The notes beneath the pieces were generated by a model. That model saw only the letters and a list, made by a program, of their open reading frames with translations, was not told the origin of the DNA and searched no databases. The translations under genes and the position numbers were made by a program. Positions 38,406 to 48,115 of a stretch of 64,000 nucleotides of DNA are shown here, piece after piece. The stretch is from a virus. Numbering within the stretch: the first letter of the stretch is position 1; each line of letters opens with the position of its first letter. The stretch is from positions 64,001 to 128,000 of IMG/VR virus record IMGVR_UViG_3300032213_002832, one strand, 5' to 3'.

Positions 38406-39809
38406 TTACTTAGCAGCTTCTATACGAGCTTCATCAAATGTACACTGGCTAAACTCCAAACCATTTCGGAATACTACTCTTAATTCATCTTGTTCTGAAT
38501 AATTGTAATTTTCTTTAACAGTGAGATATTTTTCATTACTAGGGTTTCGGTCATCCCATCCAGTCATTTTAATTAGTTTTAAACGACCTCGTTTACTATT
38601 CTTACTTGGATCTGTAGCTGGAGCCTTATAAACTTCTCGTTCTTCAACATAATTAACTACTATGCTGCTACATTTGAATGCGAATCGTTGTGTATCACGA
38701 TTAACTTGTTGTAGAAGAGCTCCACCACATCCAAATGCTACGTTATCAGCAGACCAACCAGCATTAGTCATAGCATCTAAAATACCAATAAGAGAATCGT
38801 AGTTAACGCCATCTCCCTGTATAACTCTTACTTGATCTGGCAATATCTTATATCCTTTAGCATTAATACTATAGCCAAAAGCATCTCCAAGCGCATTTAG
38901 AACTTCAACAACGATTTTTTCAGGGTTGCCAGAGTCAGGTCTCACTACAAGAGTACCTTTACGAGCTAATACTTTATCGCGTAATTTCTTACCCCAAATT
39001 TCTTTACAAGCATGAATTATGTCAAATGAGTCAGATACACAAGCAACCAATCCTTCTGGATATTGGTCTAACATGTTTTCCATAGCATCCGCTTCGCATT
39101 CTGGTCCCCAACTTGTTATTGTTGAGTGTTCAGAAGCCGGGATAGAGAATGCTGGCATGTCAGCATAATAGTATTTTTGTGCTAAAGTAATAGCAGCTAA
39201 AGTATCAGTACCCATAAAGTTAAGTAAATGAGCAGCTCCGCCAAGTCCAGCAGACTCAACACTAGATACACCACGAAATCCAAAATCATGAAGTTTAAAA
39301 GCAATTAAATCTGGGTTACCAGTCATTTTCAGATAACTAAGTATTACATCTTTCATGTGTCTAGATAGGGTCGCGACGGTAGTTGGATACCAAACATGTA
39401 ACAAAATAGTTTCTAGATAATTAGTTAACCAGAAACACTCTGGATCTGTATTCTCAACAGTGACAAGAACATTGCCTTCTTCTACTACAGTGCCTTCAGG
39501 AACTGCTTTGATGCGGACTGGTAACCTACCATCATGCTTATCTAGTATATGTTGCCATCCAGCTTTATTAAATAAGTTAGGGCCTAAGTGCTTAGCAAAG
39601 AAAGCATCTGCTTCATCTATCTTCTCTTGCGTTACAACTTTACCACTAAGGTAACGTCCAATAATATACTGTAATCCAAAGAAGGTTGTCTTTGTAAACT
39701 TCCCACCTTTGCGAGCTTCTAAGTATGAATATACTGAAGTAGTTCCAGGTGGATATTGCTTGAAATGAGTTGCCTTATAACTGTCCGTAAGTAGCATGAT
39801 GTTGTCCAT
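38406..39809 (-). CDS. nadV: Nicotinamide phosphoribosyltransferase
   Basis: TDSYK, WYPTTVAT, LHDFGFRG, PASEHS, VSDS, VRPDSG, IQGDG, NRDT. Confidence 0.95.
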   Translation of the reverse strand: MDNIMLLTDSYKATHFKQYPPGTTSVYSYLEARKGGKFTKTTFFGLQYIIGRYLSGKVVTQEKIDEADAFFAKHLGPNLFNKAGWQHILDKHDGRLPVRIKAVPEGTVVEEGNVLVTVENTDPECFWLTNYLETILLHVWYPTTVATLSRHMKDVILSYLKMTGNPDLIAFKLHDFGFRGVSSVESAGLGGAAHLLNFMGTDTLAAITLAQKYYYADMPAFSIPASEHSTITSWGPECEADAMENMLDQYPEGLVACVSDSFDIIHACKEIWGKKLRDKVLARKGTLVVRPDSGNPEKIVVEVLNALGDAFGYSINAKGYKILPDQVRVIQGDGVNYDSLIGILDAMTNAGWSADNVAFGCGGALLQQVNRDTQRFAFKCSSIVVNYVEEREVYKAPATDPSKNSKRGRLKLIKMTGWDDRNPSNEKYLTVKENYNYSEQDELRVVFRNGLEFSQCTFDEARIEAAK

Positions 39810-39843
39810 AATATTCTCCTTGTTGAAGTCCGCAACCCGCAGA

Positions 39844-40875
39844 CTATAATTTGTTTGTGAAATAATTGATTATATGTAAGTGATCCTCATAGAATTCTGA
39901 CTCTTTAATAAATAAGTCTGCTATTGGAATCCATATCGCTCTTTCAGCATCGTCATCACCTTTAACTTGTGGAAGTTGTCCACCGTCAGGTAGTTTTACG
40001 CAAAAAGCATTAGTAATAGTACGACCACGTAGCGATCTACTCGGATTATCAAATACACGCTGGTCAACTATGTATTTCATTAATGTATCTTTTGGTACTA
40101 AGATACGAGTCTCTTCTTTGAGCTCACGAAATGCTGAGTCAATAATAGTTTCATTTTGGTTTACGAAGCCACCTGGAAGTGCTAGAAGCCCTTTACCAGG
40201 ATTAAACTTCCTACGAATAACTAGAACATGGGCGTTTTTAACTACTAGAACATCAGTAGTGACAAAGGTTACTGGATATGGTGCCATTGCCCACATGTCT
40301 TTATAATCTTTAATAAACTTCCACTCTTCAACTAAGTTAGTATATGTTGTAGTCTTTTCCCAATTTGTTAAATAATCTGTTACTTCTTTAGCTAAATTAT
40401 TGGTAAACTGAGGGTTGTTTTGAAAGTATAAGTTACGAATCTCAGTGGCATGTGTTACATTTCTAGCGATAGAGAGTTCTCGTTTCCAACTCTCTGGAAG
40501 AGCATCTAGATACCAAGAGCTCTCATCTTTATTAGAACCTAATACGCATATGCTTGAAGTTTCCACATTATATATTTGATTCATTACTGAGTTATGTAAG
40601 TCAGTAAACCAAGCTGTATCATTATAGTAATAATCACGAACTTGTACAAAAATAAGTCGAGTATTTTCTAATTTAGAGAAACAAACTCTAACCATCTCTT
40701 CACGTTCTTGAGCATTCCAGGGGTTTTTAATGTTTGGGGCAGCACGATGTGAGCCAAGAGCAATAATTACATTATTGGCTAATTCTAATCCGCGCTTGAT
40801 TTGATTGATGTGTTCTTTGTGGGGTGGTTGGAGTCGGCCAATGAAAACCGCATAGTCATACTTATACTTATTCAT
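39844..40875 (-). CDS. nadM: Bifunctional NMN adenylyltransferase / ADP-ribose pyrophosphatase (NadM-Nudix)
   Basis: GRLQPPHKEH, KNPW, ALPGGF..RELKEET Nudix box, RSLRGR, DDA, EDH. Confidence 0.93.
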   Translation of the reverse strand: MNKYKYDYAVFIGRLQPPHKEHINQIKRGLELANNVIIALGSHRAAPNIKNPWNAQEREEMVRVCFSKLENTRLIFVQVRDYYYNDTAWFTDLHNSVMNQIYNVETSSICVLGSNKDESSWYLDALPESWKRELSIARNVTHATEIRNLYFQNNPQFTNNLAKEVTDYLTNWEKTTTYTNLVEEWKFIKDYKDMWAMAPYPVTFVTTDVLVVKNAHVLVIRRKFNPGKGLLALPGGFVNQNETIIDSAFRELKEETRILVPKDTLMKYIVDQRVFDNPSRSLRGRTITNAFCVKLPDGGQLPQVKGDDDAERAIWIPIADLFIKESEFYEDHLHIINYFTNKL

Positions 40876-40920
40876 ACGATAACCTCGTTAATGTTCTGTC
40901 AGCTCTCTGCTAACAATGTT

Positions 40921-40948
40921 ATTATACCACAATATATCGAAACGGTTT
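40921..40948 (-). promoter_or_regulatory. Composite promoter: motif variant AAACCGTTTCGA plus TGTGGTATAAT
   Basis: Both elements directly upstream of the NAD operon. Confidence 0.65.
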
Positions 40949-41489
40949 ATTGATCAGTACAGATTTTTTCTCTTACAATCGTAATCTCTGTATTTTGATC
41001 ATGTCGTCTCACTATCATTGTAATACTAGTACCTGGTTCACCCCTGATTTCTCCGTAAGGTGTTATAATATCACCAACTTTAAGTCCAGCTTCATCAGCT
41101 GGATAATCATCTACCACATTAGAGATTTGTTCTTGAGTAGGACTTAAGCGTTTGGAATTAATACCGATACCTCCATACCATTTCTCACACTCATATCCCG
41201 ATTTTTCACTATCTACAAGAACCTGCTTAAGAGTATCACCCTCTTTATCTATGACTTTTTTAGGCTTGCTTTCAGTGGGTGTAGGCTTATTCTCTACCAT
41301 GTTAGGTGGTTTCGGCATAATGTTCTTATTGTCACCCTTATTATCTTCTTTATCTTTACCGGTCTTATTATCAATAATAGTCATAGTGATAGCTTCTCTT
41401 TTCTCTACTTTATCGTGACCTTTCATTAGGATCGACATTGTTGAGAAGAAAAGCGAATGTACAAATATACTAAGTACTATATAGTTCAT
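40947..41489 (-). CDS. Membrane-anchored PDZ-domain protein
   Basis: N-terminal TM, K/P-rich linker, YGGIGI, PADEAGLKVGDII, RGEPGT. Confidence 0.75.
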   Translation of the reverse strand: MNYIVLSIFVHSLFFSTMSILMKGHDKVEKREAITMTIIDNKTGKDKEDNKGDNKNIMPKPPNMVENKPTPTESKPKKVIDKEGDTLKQVLVDSEKSGYECEKWYGGIGINSKRLSPTQEQISNVVDDYPADEAGLKVGDIITPYGEIRGEPGTSITMIVRRHDQNTEITIVREKICTDQ

Positions 41490-41510
41490 TAAATATACCT
41501 CATAATAAAT

Positions 41511-41535
41511 TGTGGGGAGTCATTGACTCCCCACA
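41511..41535 (-). terminator. Terminator hairpin
   Basis: TGTGGGGAGTC-ATT-GACTCCCCACA. Confidence 0.75.
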
Positions 41536-41558
41536 CAAACTAAACTTTTATCTAATAA

Positions 41559-41822
41559 TTAGATAGATCCATTAACCTTACGGTTCTTAAGGGCTTTAAG
41601 AAGACGTGCTTTAGGCGTCTTTCCATAAGCAGCAAACTTTCCGTTACCTTGGAAAACTTGTTCTGTTTGTCCATTTAGCCATGTGTCTAGTGCTAATGAC
41701 TTTTCTGAAAACACACCTTTGCGAGGAGATACTGTATAGTATGGTCCTGCTTCTGTAACTTTTCTAGAGTTAACACTTTGTAATGCTGCTACAAAAAAAC
41801 TGATTGTATAACCTTTTGACAT
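41559..41822 (-). CDS. Small basic hypothetical protein
   Basis: AAGGA RBS, followed by a terminator. Confidence 0.65.
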   Translation of the reverse strand: MSKGYTISFFVAALQSVNSRKVTEAGPYYTVSPRKGVFSEKSLALDTWLNGQTEQVFQGNGKFAAYGKTPKARLLKALKNRKVNGSI

Positions 41823-41896
41823 CTAATTTCCTTTATCAATGATGTTGATCGTTCGTATGTTATTTATACCTATTATTTATCGGAACAATGTGAACC

Positions 41897-44188
41897 TTAT
41901 ATTTTATTTTCCAATATGCCTTTAACAATATTCTCCACACTATCATTCTTATATGTAGTGATGTTGTCAAACTTTTCTTCCATATTTGGTAATACTAATT
42001 TCGTCTCAAATTCACCAATCACTCTAATTGCCGTTTCAGCATCTTTTATAGAGGGATGATTCTCTCTTGCTATGGCTCTTTCAGTACATATATCAGCCGG
42101 AACATCTAGAATTACAGCGGATACATCAGTGAGTTTAAAGTTCTTAGCTAAATCAAGCCAACTCTTTCTTTGTAGTACATCGAAGTTACAACGATCTATA
42201 ACAACATTCTTATTCTGCTTTATAGCTTCTACTGTAGCCTTCTTACAAGCATTACGTGATCCCAAATCATCTTGGTTCACACGCACATATCCATGTTTCT
42301 CAAGCTCTGTTGCCACGGTAGATTTACCAGAACCAGGTAGGCCAACAAGTATGATCATCTTAGATTTACTTGTATTATTACTTTTATTGTTATTATTATA
42401 ATAATACATTATGTCATCACCAAACTTACCCCACTCTTTTGGTCCCATATCAAGTTCTGCTTGTAATAACTCTTTAGTCACAAGCTGATCTTCAGAGAGA
42501 ATCTTCTTTACAGCCTCATCTACTCTGCCCTGCATAGTAGCATCAAAATTCTGCCAATGAACTTCCTCTATATCTGAAGGTTTTATCTTATAAAGAGTCC
42601 TATTAATAACGTCACAATTCTCATCTAATAAATACATTACTTTGCCTTCTACAGCAAAATGTTCATATTCATACTTATGAGGTAAATTCTTAAACTTACG
42701 GTATATTAAGTTACTATTTAAATCTTCAAGTTGATGTTGCTTACATTTAGCTACCACATCAATAGGTGCTGAAAAGCAATTAATGTCATCCTCTGCGAAT
42801 ATAACAGGTCGTATAGCACCATTATCGGTAATAACAAATAGTGGTTTTAAATCTATATCAAAATTATATTCAACTAAATGTGGCTCTTTTTTACCACACA
42901 ATTCAGCAGATACAGCACTTACATGGTGGTATTCTAATAACTGTGTTATCTTTTGTACTGTCTCTTCATTATTTAACAATACTTCTCTAGTTAAAGATAA
43001 GAAATTACCCATAGGAGAGTCGCCTAAGAATGGTCTACCTTTAGATTTAGCTGTAACAAACACTGTATTCTCAGCATCAGTATACTTATAGAATAATACA
43101 TTCATACCATTCCACTTTTCAGCGAAGTATACATATTTATAATCTTTTATATCCATGTACTCTTTAGATCCATATGTTTTATATGGATATGCCAGTTTAG
43201 GAGTACCATGTACAAGCTGTTGCTTAACAACTATACCATTCACATGAGTAATTAGCAATGAACCCTGCATTAACCCTTTTTCACGACATATAATTCCACT
43301 CACATGATTGCTTTTATTAAACGGATCTTCCATGGTAAATTTATCAGTGAATTTAATATTACATCCAAACAGTTTAGCAGCTATTGCTCGGTACTTATCT
43401 AGTTCACTAGTAGGTACCGCACTTTGCTCTAAGCACTTAATTTCTTTAAAAGGTTGCCCATGCTTAGCTCTTAATACATCTACTGTACCAGTAGAGAAGA
43501 AGCAACCATTAATAACTTTATCATCAGTTAAACCAGCGCTTGTGTCATACCACTTCCATAAAATACCGTCAACTGCTCCAGGTTCTTGGCCAGCAGTACA
43601 GTGAACATGGCCAGACATGTAGGCCTTGATTCCAGCCGCACCTATAAGTTCTGCTGTAGATACACTCTGTGGATAATGTCCTATCAATACTGGAATAGGG
43701 TTTTTAAGTGATTTAGACTGATGAACCACATCTTTAGCGAAGTCCACTATATTCTTATTAACTTTTTCCATATCTTCTGTTTTTAAAGAGTGATCTGAAT
43801 AGCAGCCAATAACATATGGGCCTAATTGCATTATTTCATTTTCACCAATTATATGTAACCTAGGTACATTTAAGCTAAGTTTTAGCTCTCCAACTCTCCA
43901 TGATGCGTCGTGATTTCCACGACATACAACTATATGACCTAATATATTAGCTCTAAGCCAGTTTAATGAATTAAATACTGAACGCCCGTACATATCATGA
44001 GTAATGTCACCAGTAATAAAAGTGATATCGTTTTCACTTATATTTTCTTTAGCAAAGTCTGCTATAGCTTCTAAGTAATTAACAAAAGTCCATGAACCAA
44101 TAGCCCACCTACGCTCATGCATCTTTTTAATAGGCTGCATGTTCTCATCCATGGAGAGGTGGGTATCTGAAATATGCCAAATTTTCAT
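41897..44188 (-). CDS. Tri-domain RNA repair enzyme: metallophosphoesterase, RNA-ligase-like adenylyltransferase, polynucleotide kinase
   Basis: SDTH/GD/GNHD/GHVH; GTPKLAY, EKWNGMN (motif I), AELCG, VEGKV, YKIK; VGLPGSGKST, NQD, IDRCN. Confidence 0.8.
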   Translation of the reverse strand: MKIWHISDTHLSMDENMQPIKKMHERRWAIGSWTFVNYLEAIADFAKENISENDITFITGDITHDMYGRSVFNSLNWLRANILGHIVVCRGNHDASWRVGELKLSLNVPRLHIIGENEIMQLGPYVIGCYSDHSLKTEDMEKVNKNIVDFAKDVVHQSKSLKNPIPVLIGHYPQSVSTAELIGAAGIKAYMSGHVHCTAGQEPGAVDGILWKWYDTSAGLTDDKVINGCFFSTGTVDVLRAKHGQPFKEIKCLEQSAVPTSELDKYRAIAAKLFGCNIKFTDKFTMEDPFNKSNHVSGIICREKGLMQGSLLITHVNGIVVKQQLVHGTPKLAYPYKTYGSKEYMDIKDYKYVYFAEKWNGMNVLFYKYTDAENTVFVTAKSKGRPFLGDSPMGNFLSLTREVLLNNEETVQKITQLLEYHHVSAVSAELCGKKEPHLVEYNFDIDLKPLFVITDNGAIRPVIFAEDDINCFSAPIDVVAKCKQHQLEDLNSNLIYRKFKNLPHKYEYEHFAVEGKVMYLLDENCDVINRTLYKIKPSDIEEVHWQNFDATMQGRVDEAVKKILSEDQLVTKELLQAELDMGPKEWGKFGDDIMYYYNNNNKSNNTSKSKMIILVGLPGSGKSTVATELEKHGYVRVNQDDLGSRNACKKATVEAIKQNKNVVIDRCNFDVLQRKSWLDLAKNFKLTDVSAVILDVPADICTERAIARENHPSIKDAETAIRVIGEFETKLVLPNMEEKFDNITTYKNDSVENIVKGILENKI

Positions 44189-44199
44189 ACTAATCCTTT

Positions 44200-44514
44200 T
44201 TATACGTCACTGTATTCAAACTCTTTACTACCACTATGAGAAATGAGAGTGAGTTTTAAATGTTCGTATGGTAATATTTTCCATTCATAATCTAATAACT
44301 GAAGTTTATCATCTTTATAAAGATCCGTAAGTACTCTATGTATAGCAGAGGAATGCATGCTAGAATGAGATTTAAGTATCACATTTATAGAGTCTTGTGT
44401 AATCAGTTTATCTTGTTTAAGATGATTTAGCATAGCAGTCTTGCAATCCATCAGCTCAAATAATCTATTTAGAAACTCTACCTTCTTATTCATCATCAAT
44501 CTCCGAGTAATCAA
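44200..44514 (-). CDS. Hypothetical protein
   Basis: Probable start MMNKK with GGAG. Confidence 0.55.
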   Translation of the reverse strand: MITRRLMMNKKVEFLNRLFELMDCKTAMLNHLKQDKLITQDSINVILKSHSSMHSSAIHRVLTDLYKDDKLQLLDYEWKILPYEHLKLTLISHSGSKEFEYSDV

Positions 44515-44690
44515 GATTCCAGTAATACCAGCTAGAACAAAAAGCCTTAGCCCATCTGATAGCCTCGTCTTTTGTACCCTTGTATATAGGACCTATGCGA
44601 TAACCGCTTGGAGAAAATAAGCAATACCTATTTTTACTAATTGGCTTCAGCTTTATTTTTATCATTACAACTCTTTAATAAGCCTAAAGC

Positions 44691-45806
44691 TTAGTGAAAA
44701 TCAGTGTTATCTCCAAGTAGATATTCATCACTAATTAATTTAAGCACCTTACGTCCTATGTGGCACTTTTCTTCTTTGATAGGACGGATCACTACACCTT
44801 CTATTACCTTTTGGCTTGGTACCATCACTGAGTTACCCTTAGTGAGCTCTTTAGCTTTGGCTGTATCGAAAGGTCCTTTATATAGTACTGGGACAGTTTC
44901 GAATCCGAGTTTAGAGCACAGAGATTCTACATAGCTTTGATCTGTAAAGCCATTTCCAACAATCATTGTATCGAATATTACTAGCTTACGCTCACCTTCT
45001 TTACAACCGTATGTATACCCTTTTTGGATACCAGAGCCGTATATCTCGCCATAAAAGACATGACCTTTAAGTCCTTCAGTCTTTTTCTTTAAATCATATT
45101 GAATAACAGCTGCTTCATATACGTTTCCAATACCCATTTTCTCATAATAATCTTTGTTAAAAGATGTTTTACTTTGAAGTTGTACTCTATTAGAGCCAAA
45201 CGCAAATTCATACTTAGGTAATAAGCCAAATAGTTTCTTTACTTTCTTGAAAAATGTATCAGCTACTGTTGGGACCCAGCCGAATCGGAAGTTGGTTCCA
45301 TGAACCTTTTCAGTAATGAAGACCTCTTCACCTTCTTGAAATAGATTTGGGTTATGTTTAAAGTTATCAAGTCCACCATATTCCGCAAAGTATGGGTTCT
45401 TGTTTTTCTTTGGAGCCGGGCTTCCAGTCATTGATGGAGGTGCTTCTGGTGGCTCAAACTTAGTGATACCTAATTGCTTAGTACAGTCATACCCTTCTTT
45501 TTCAGGTACTTTGAATACGCTACACTTGGCTAACATGCCTTGAGAAATACAGCCTCTTAGCTTAATTGTCTTTACACGAGATTTGCTAAGCTTAACTTTA
45601 GAATCAGGCGAGAATAGGACATCTTCTACTTCTTTAGAGAGTATAGAGTCAATCGGAATATAGATTGCTAAATCGCCTGCTACAAAAGCGCCTTTTTGAA
45701 TTACACATTGCCATCCAGCAATATGCGCCACCTCGAGGCGATCAGCATTTGGAACAGGACTTATACTACTTATCTTTACTACTTTAACTGAAAAATCTGA
45801 AGCCAT
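44691..45806 (-). CDS. RNA ligase, DRB0094 family (N-terminal OB fold)
   Basis: PNADRLE..GWQCV..GDLAIYIPIDS; TEKVHGTN; GEIYG; EGVVIRP; KLISDEYL. Confidence 0.9.
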   Translation of the reverse strand: MASDFSVKVVKISSISPVPNADRLEVAHIAGWQCVIQKGAFVAGDLAIYIPIDSILSKEVEDVLFSPDSKVKLSKSRVKTIKLRGCISQGMLAKCSVFKVPEKEGYDCTKQLGITKFEPPEAPPSMTGSPAPKKNKNPYFAEYGGLDNFKHNPNLFQEGEEVFITEKVHGTNFRFGWVPTVADTFFKKVKKLFGLLPKYEFAFGSNRVQLQSKTSFNKDYYEKMGIGNVYEAAVIQYDLKKKTEGLKGHVFYGEIYGSGIQKGYTYGCKEGERKLVIFDTMIVGNGFTDQSYVESLCSKLGFETVPVLYKGPFDTAKAKELTKGNSVMVPSQKVIEGVVIRPIKEEKCHIGRKVLKLISDEYLLGDNTDFH

Positions 45807-47050
45807 TATTTATCATTCCTCCATCGAAGTATAACCGGAAATCTCATTACACCATCGGCACTTAAATCTTGGTATTTAATCTCTGCTATTCTACCCACCG
45901 CTAATGATGGCGTATTCCATATATTAGATCTATCTTCATCTGTAAATCCAGAACCTACATCACATGCTAAACCATTCTCTTGAATAAGCTTTAATCCACC
46001 CATCATCCCAGCATATTTGCCTTCACCTTCATATAGTCCAACAACTTTACAATCCATCGATTTCATTGTTTTGAACTTCATTAGGCGATTAGACTTCTTA
46101 CCAAGGTAATATGGGATATTAGGCAATGCCATAGCACCTTCTAAACCTTGTGCTAAGTATTGTCTTTCAAGCTCTAATATCTCATCTACACTTTTAACTA
46201 AGGCTTGAGTGACCTTTACTATATTAGTGAGATTAGGATTTTGCTCAAAGAATAGGTCGAGATTCTCCAGTCTCTCTTTAGTGACCATCTTAAAGCTGCT
46301 ACTATTAAATTCATTAGTTGGAATCCATCCAAACACATGGTATTTGACATCGCCCACACTCTTCTTGCTTTTGCTTGACATTGCTGTTTGCTGCATGGCA
46401 TTGAAGTCATCTGACATGATCTCGCCATCTAAGATGAAATAGGTATCTTCGCAAAGACTCTCTAGTGTTTCTTTAATAGATGGGAAGTTCTCAAACTCCG
46501 TACCATTGCGTGAAAACAGTTGTACTTGGCCATAAGAACATATAGCAAGACACCTGTATCCATCAAGCTTAGGGCTAACATAAACACCTTCTTTGACCAA
46601 CGCCGGAAGGTTCTTTGCTTCCTTACCATCCTTAGCTAACATCACATCAAAGTCAGGGATATTGAATCCAGCTTTATTAGCTTCAGTGAGTCCAAAGCCG
46701 GCACGCAAGTTCTTACGCAATACACGCGCATACCATTTAGCCTCTAATGGATTAAGCAATTCAAATACCTTATCTACTTCACCTTTAGCCTCATTTCCAG
46801 TGATACTTCGTGTCTCTAATCTATTTAGTAATTTCATAAATATTGTATGAGTTGTCTTAGTAGCTTTAGTATCATCTGGAAAACCAGCTACATCATTGAA
46901 CTTCTTAACATAATACTTACGTTTGAAGTTGAGAGCAGCATCAATTAATTCTGCCAACTCAGTATTGTTCTGGTTGGCAGTTAAAATCTTCTGTTTCTCG
47001 GATGTCGATGAGGTTTTCTCGAGCAAATCTAATACGTCGAGCGCATTCAT
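45806..47050 (-). CDS. lig: ATP-dependent DNA ligase
   Basis: PKLDGYRC, LDGEI, EGAM, KFK, VGSGF, RFPV. Confidence 0.92.
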   Translation of the reverse strand: MNALDVLDLLEKTSSTSEKQKILTANQNNTELAELIDAALNFKRKYYVKKFNDVAGFPDDTKATKTTHTIFMKLLNRLETRSITGNEAKGEVDKVFELLNPLEAKWYARVLRKNLRAGFGLTEANKAGFNIPDFDVMLAKDGKEAKNLPALVKEGVYVSPKLDGYRCLAICSYGQVQLFSRNGTEFENFPSIKETLESLCEDTYFILDGEIMSDDFNAMQQTAMSSKSKKSVGDVKYHVFGWIPTNEFNSSSFKMVTKERLENLDLFFEQNPNLTNIVKVTQALVKSVDEILELERQYLAQGLEGAMALPNIPYYLGKKSNRLMKFKTMKSMDCKVVGLYEGEGKYAGMMGGLKLIQENGLACDVGSGFTDEDRSNIWNTPSLAVGRIAEIKYQDLSADGVMRFPVILRWRNDK

Positions 47051-47059
47051 ATTATCTCC

Positions 47060-47842
47060 TTAATGTTTTGATAAAAAAGCTTCTAAAGCACTTAGAGGTA
47101 CTAGCATAGCAAAAGCTCTAAGCTGACCCTCTACTAACGACATTACACCAACTACTTCACCATCTTCATTAAGAGCAGGCGATCCACTCTGTCCCTTATC
47201 AGCTAACGCGTCTGTGAACATAAAAGGTGCCGTGAGAACACATATTTGTTCATTTTTTATTGTTCCATCTTTTAATTTTATCGAAACGGTTTCAATTTTA
47301 TACTTTTTAGCTACGCAGAATTTTAGATCTTCTAGTGGATATTGGTTGGATATAAGAAAACGCCCACGATAATGTCCACTTGAAGAAGACAATAGTGGGA
47401 CAATAGGATATCCTACTATGGTGACTTTTGAGTCAATATAAACATCTTCAGCTAACTTAATAGATTTAAAATGAAAATCTTTTGGTACCTCAACAAGACA
47501 TAAATCGTGTTCACTATCAAGTTTGAGTGGTTTTACTTTAAATCGTGAATATTTTCGTAAAATATTATTCTCTCTATGAGAGACAATAAAGAGTGGTAGT
47601 AGGTTGTTTATTTCGCACACATGAGCATTAGTAATAATGACCTGTTTACCACTTTTTGTATTAGCGAGAAAGCCAGTACCACTGGATCCAGTGGTAACAT
47701 CTTCTAAAGATACGATTGATTCAGCATTTTGGTGTAAAACATTCTCTGATTCATGAATAGTTTTCTCGTGATCAATAATAGAAAAACTAGAAACCATGCC
47801 GAGTATTACCAGTAAACCTATTATCATTCGATTGTCCTTCAT
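47060..47842 (-). CDS. Secreted/membrane-anchored trypsin-like serine protease
   Basis: Signal/TM, GTGF, TNAHVC, DLCL, GQSGSP. Confidence 0.88.
   Translation of the reverse strand: MKDNRMIIGLLVILGMVSSFSIIDHEKTIHESENVLHQNAESIVSLEDVTTGSSGTGFLANTKSGKQVIITNAHVCEINNLLPLFIVSHRENNILRKYSRFKVKPLKLDSEHDLCLVEVPKDFHFKSIKLAEDVYIDSKVTIVGYPIVPLLSSSSGHYRGRFLISNQYPLEDLKFCVAKKYKIETVSIKLKDGTIKNEQICVLTAPFMFTDALADKGQSGSPALNEDGEVVGVMSLVEGQLRAFAMLVPLSALEAFLSKH
47281..47292 (-). promoter_or_regulatory. Motif variant AAACCGTTTCGA
   Basis: Intragenic, about 230 nt upstream of the ligase genes; identical to the 40937 copy. Confidence 0.45.
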
Positions 47843-47844
47843 GT

Positions 47845-48030
47845 CTATTTTCTTATAATGAGAGTTTGATTATCTCTTAATTCAACTTTGAATCCGTTAT
47901 TTTTCAACAACTCAACTATTTCATAAACTGAAACATTATCAAATTTGACATAACCGTTATCAATCATTATACCTTCTTTAACAAAACCTTTATTTTTATT
48001 ACGTATCCTCTCGTCTTCACTCATCCCCAT
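47845..48030 (-). CDS. Small hypothetical protein
   Basis: AGGAG RBS. Confidence 0.55.
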   Translation of the reverse strand: MGMSEDERIRNKNKGFVKEGIMIDNGYVKFDNVSVYEIVELLKNNGFKVELRDNQTLIIRK

Positions 48031-48070
48031 ATTAATGACTCTCCTTTATGTAGTAGGCTATTATAGACAG

Positions 48071-48088
48071 TATAATAAGTAGTATAAT
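48071..48088 (+). promoter_or_regulatory. Tandem TATAAT boxes upstream of FliA-like gene
   Basis: agTATAATa twice, 12 nt apart. Confidence 0.5.
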
Positions 48089-48115
48089 AGCTTATATATT
48101 AGTATTGAGGAACAA

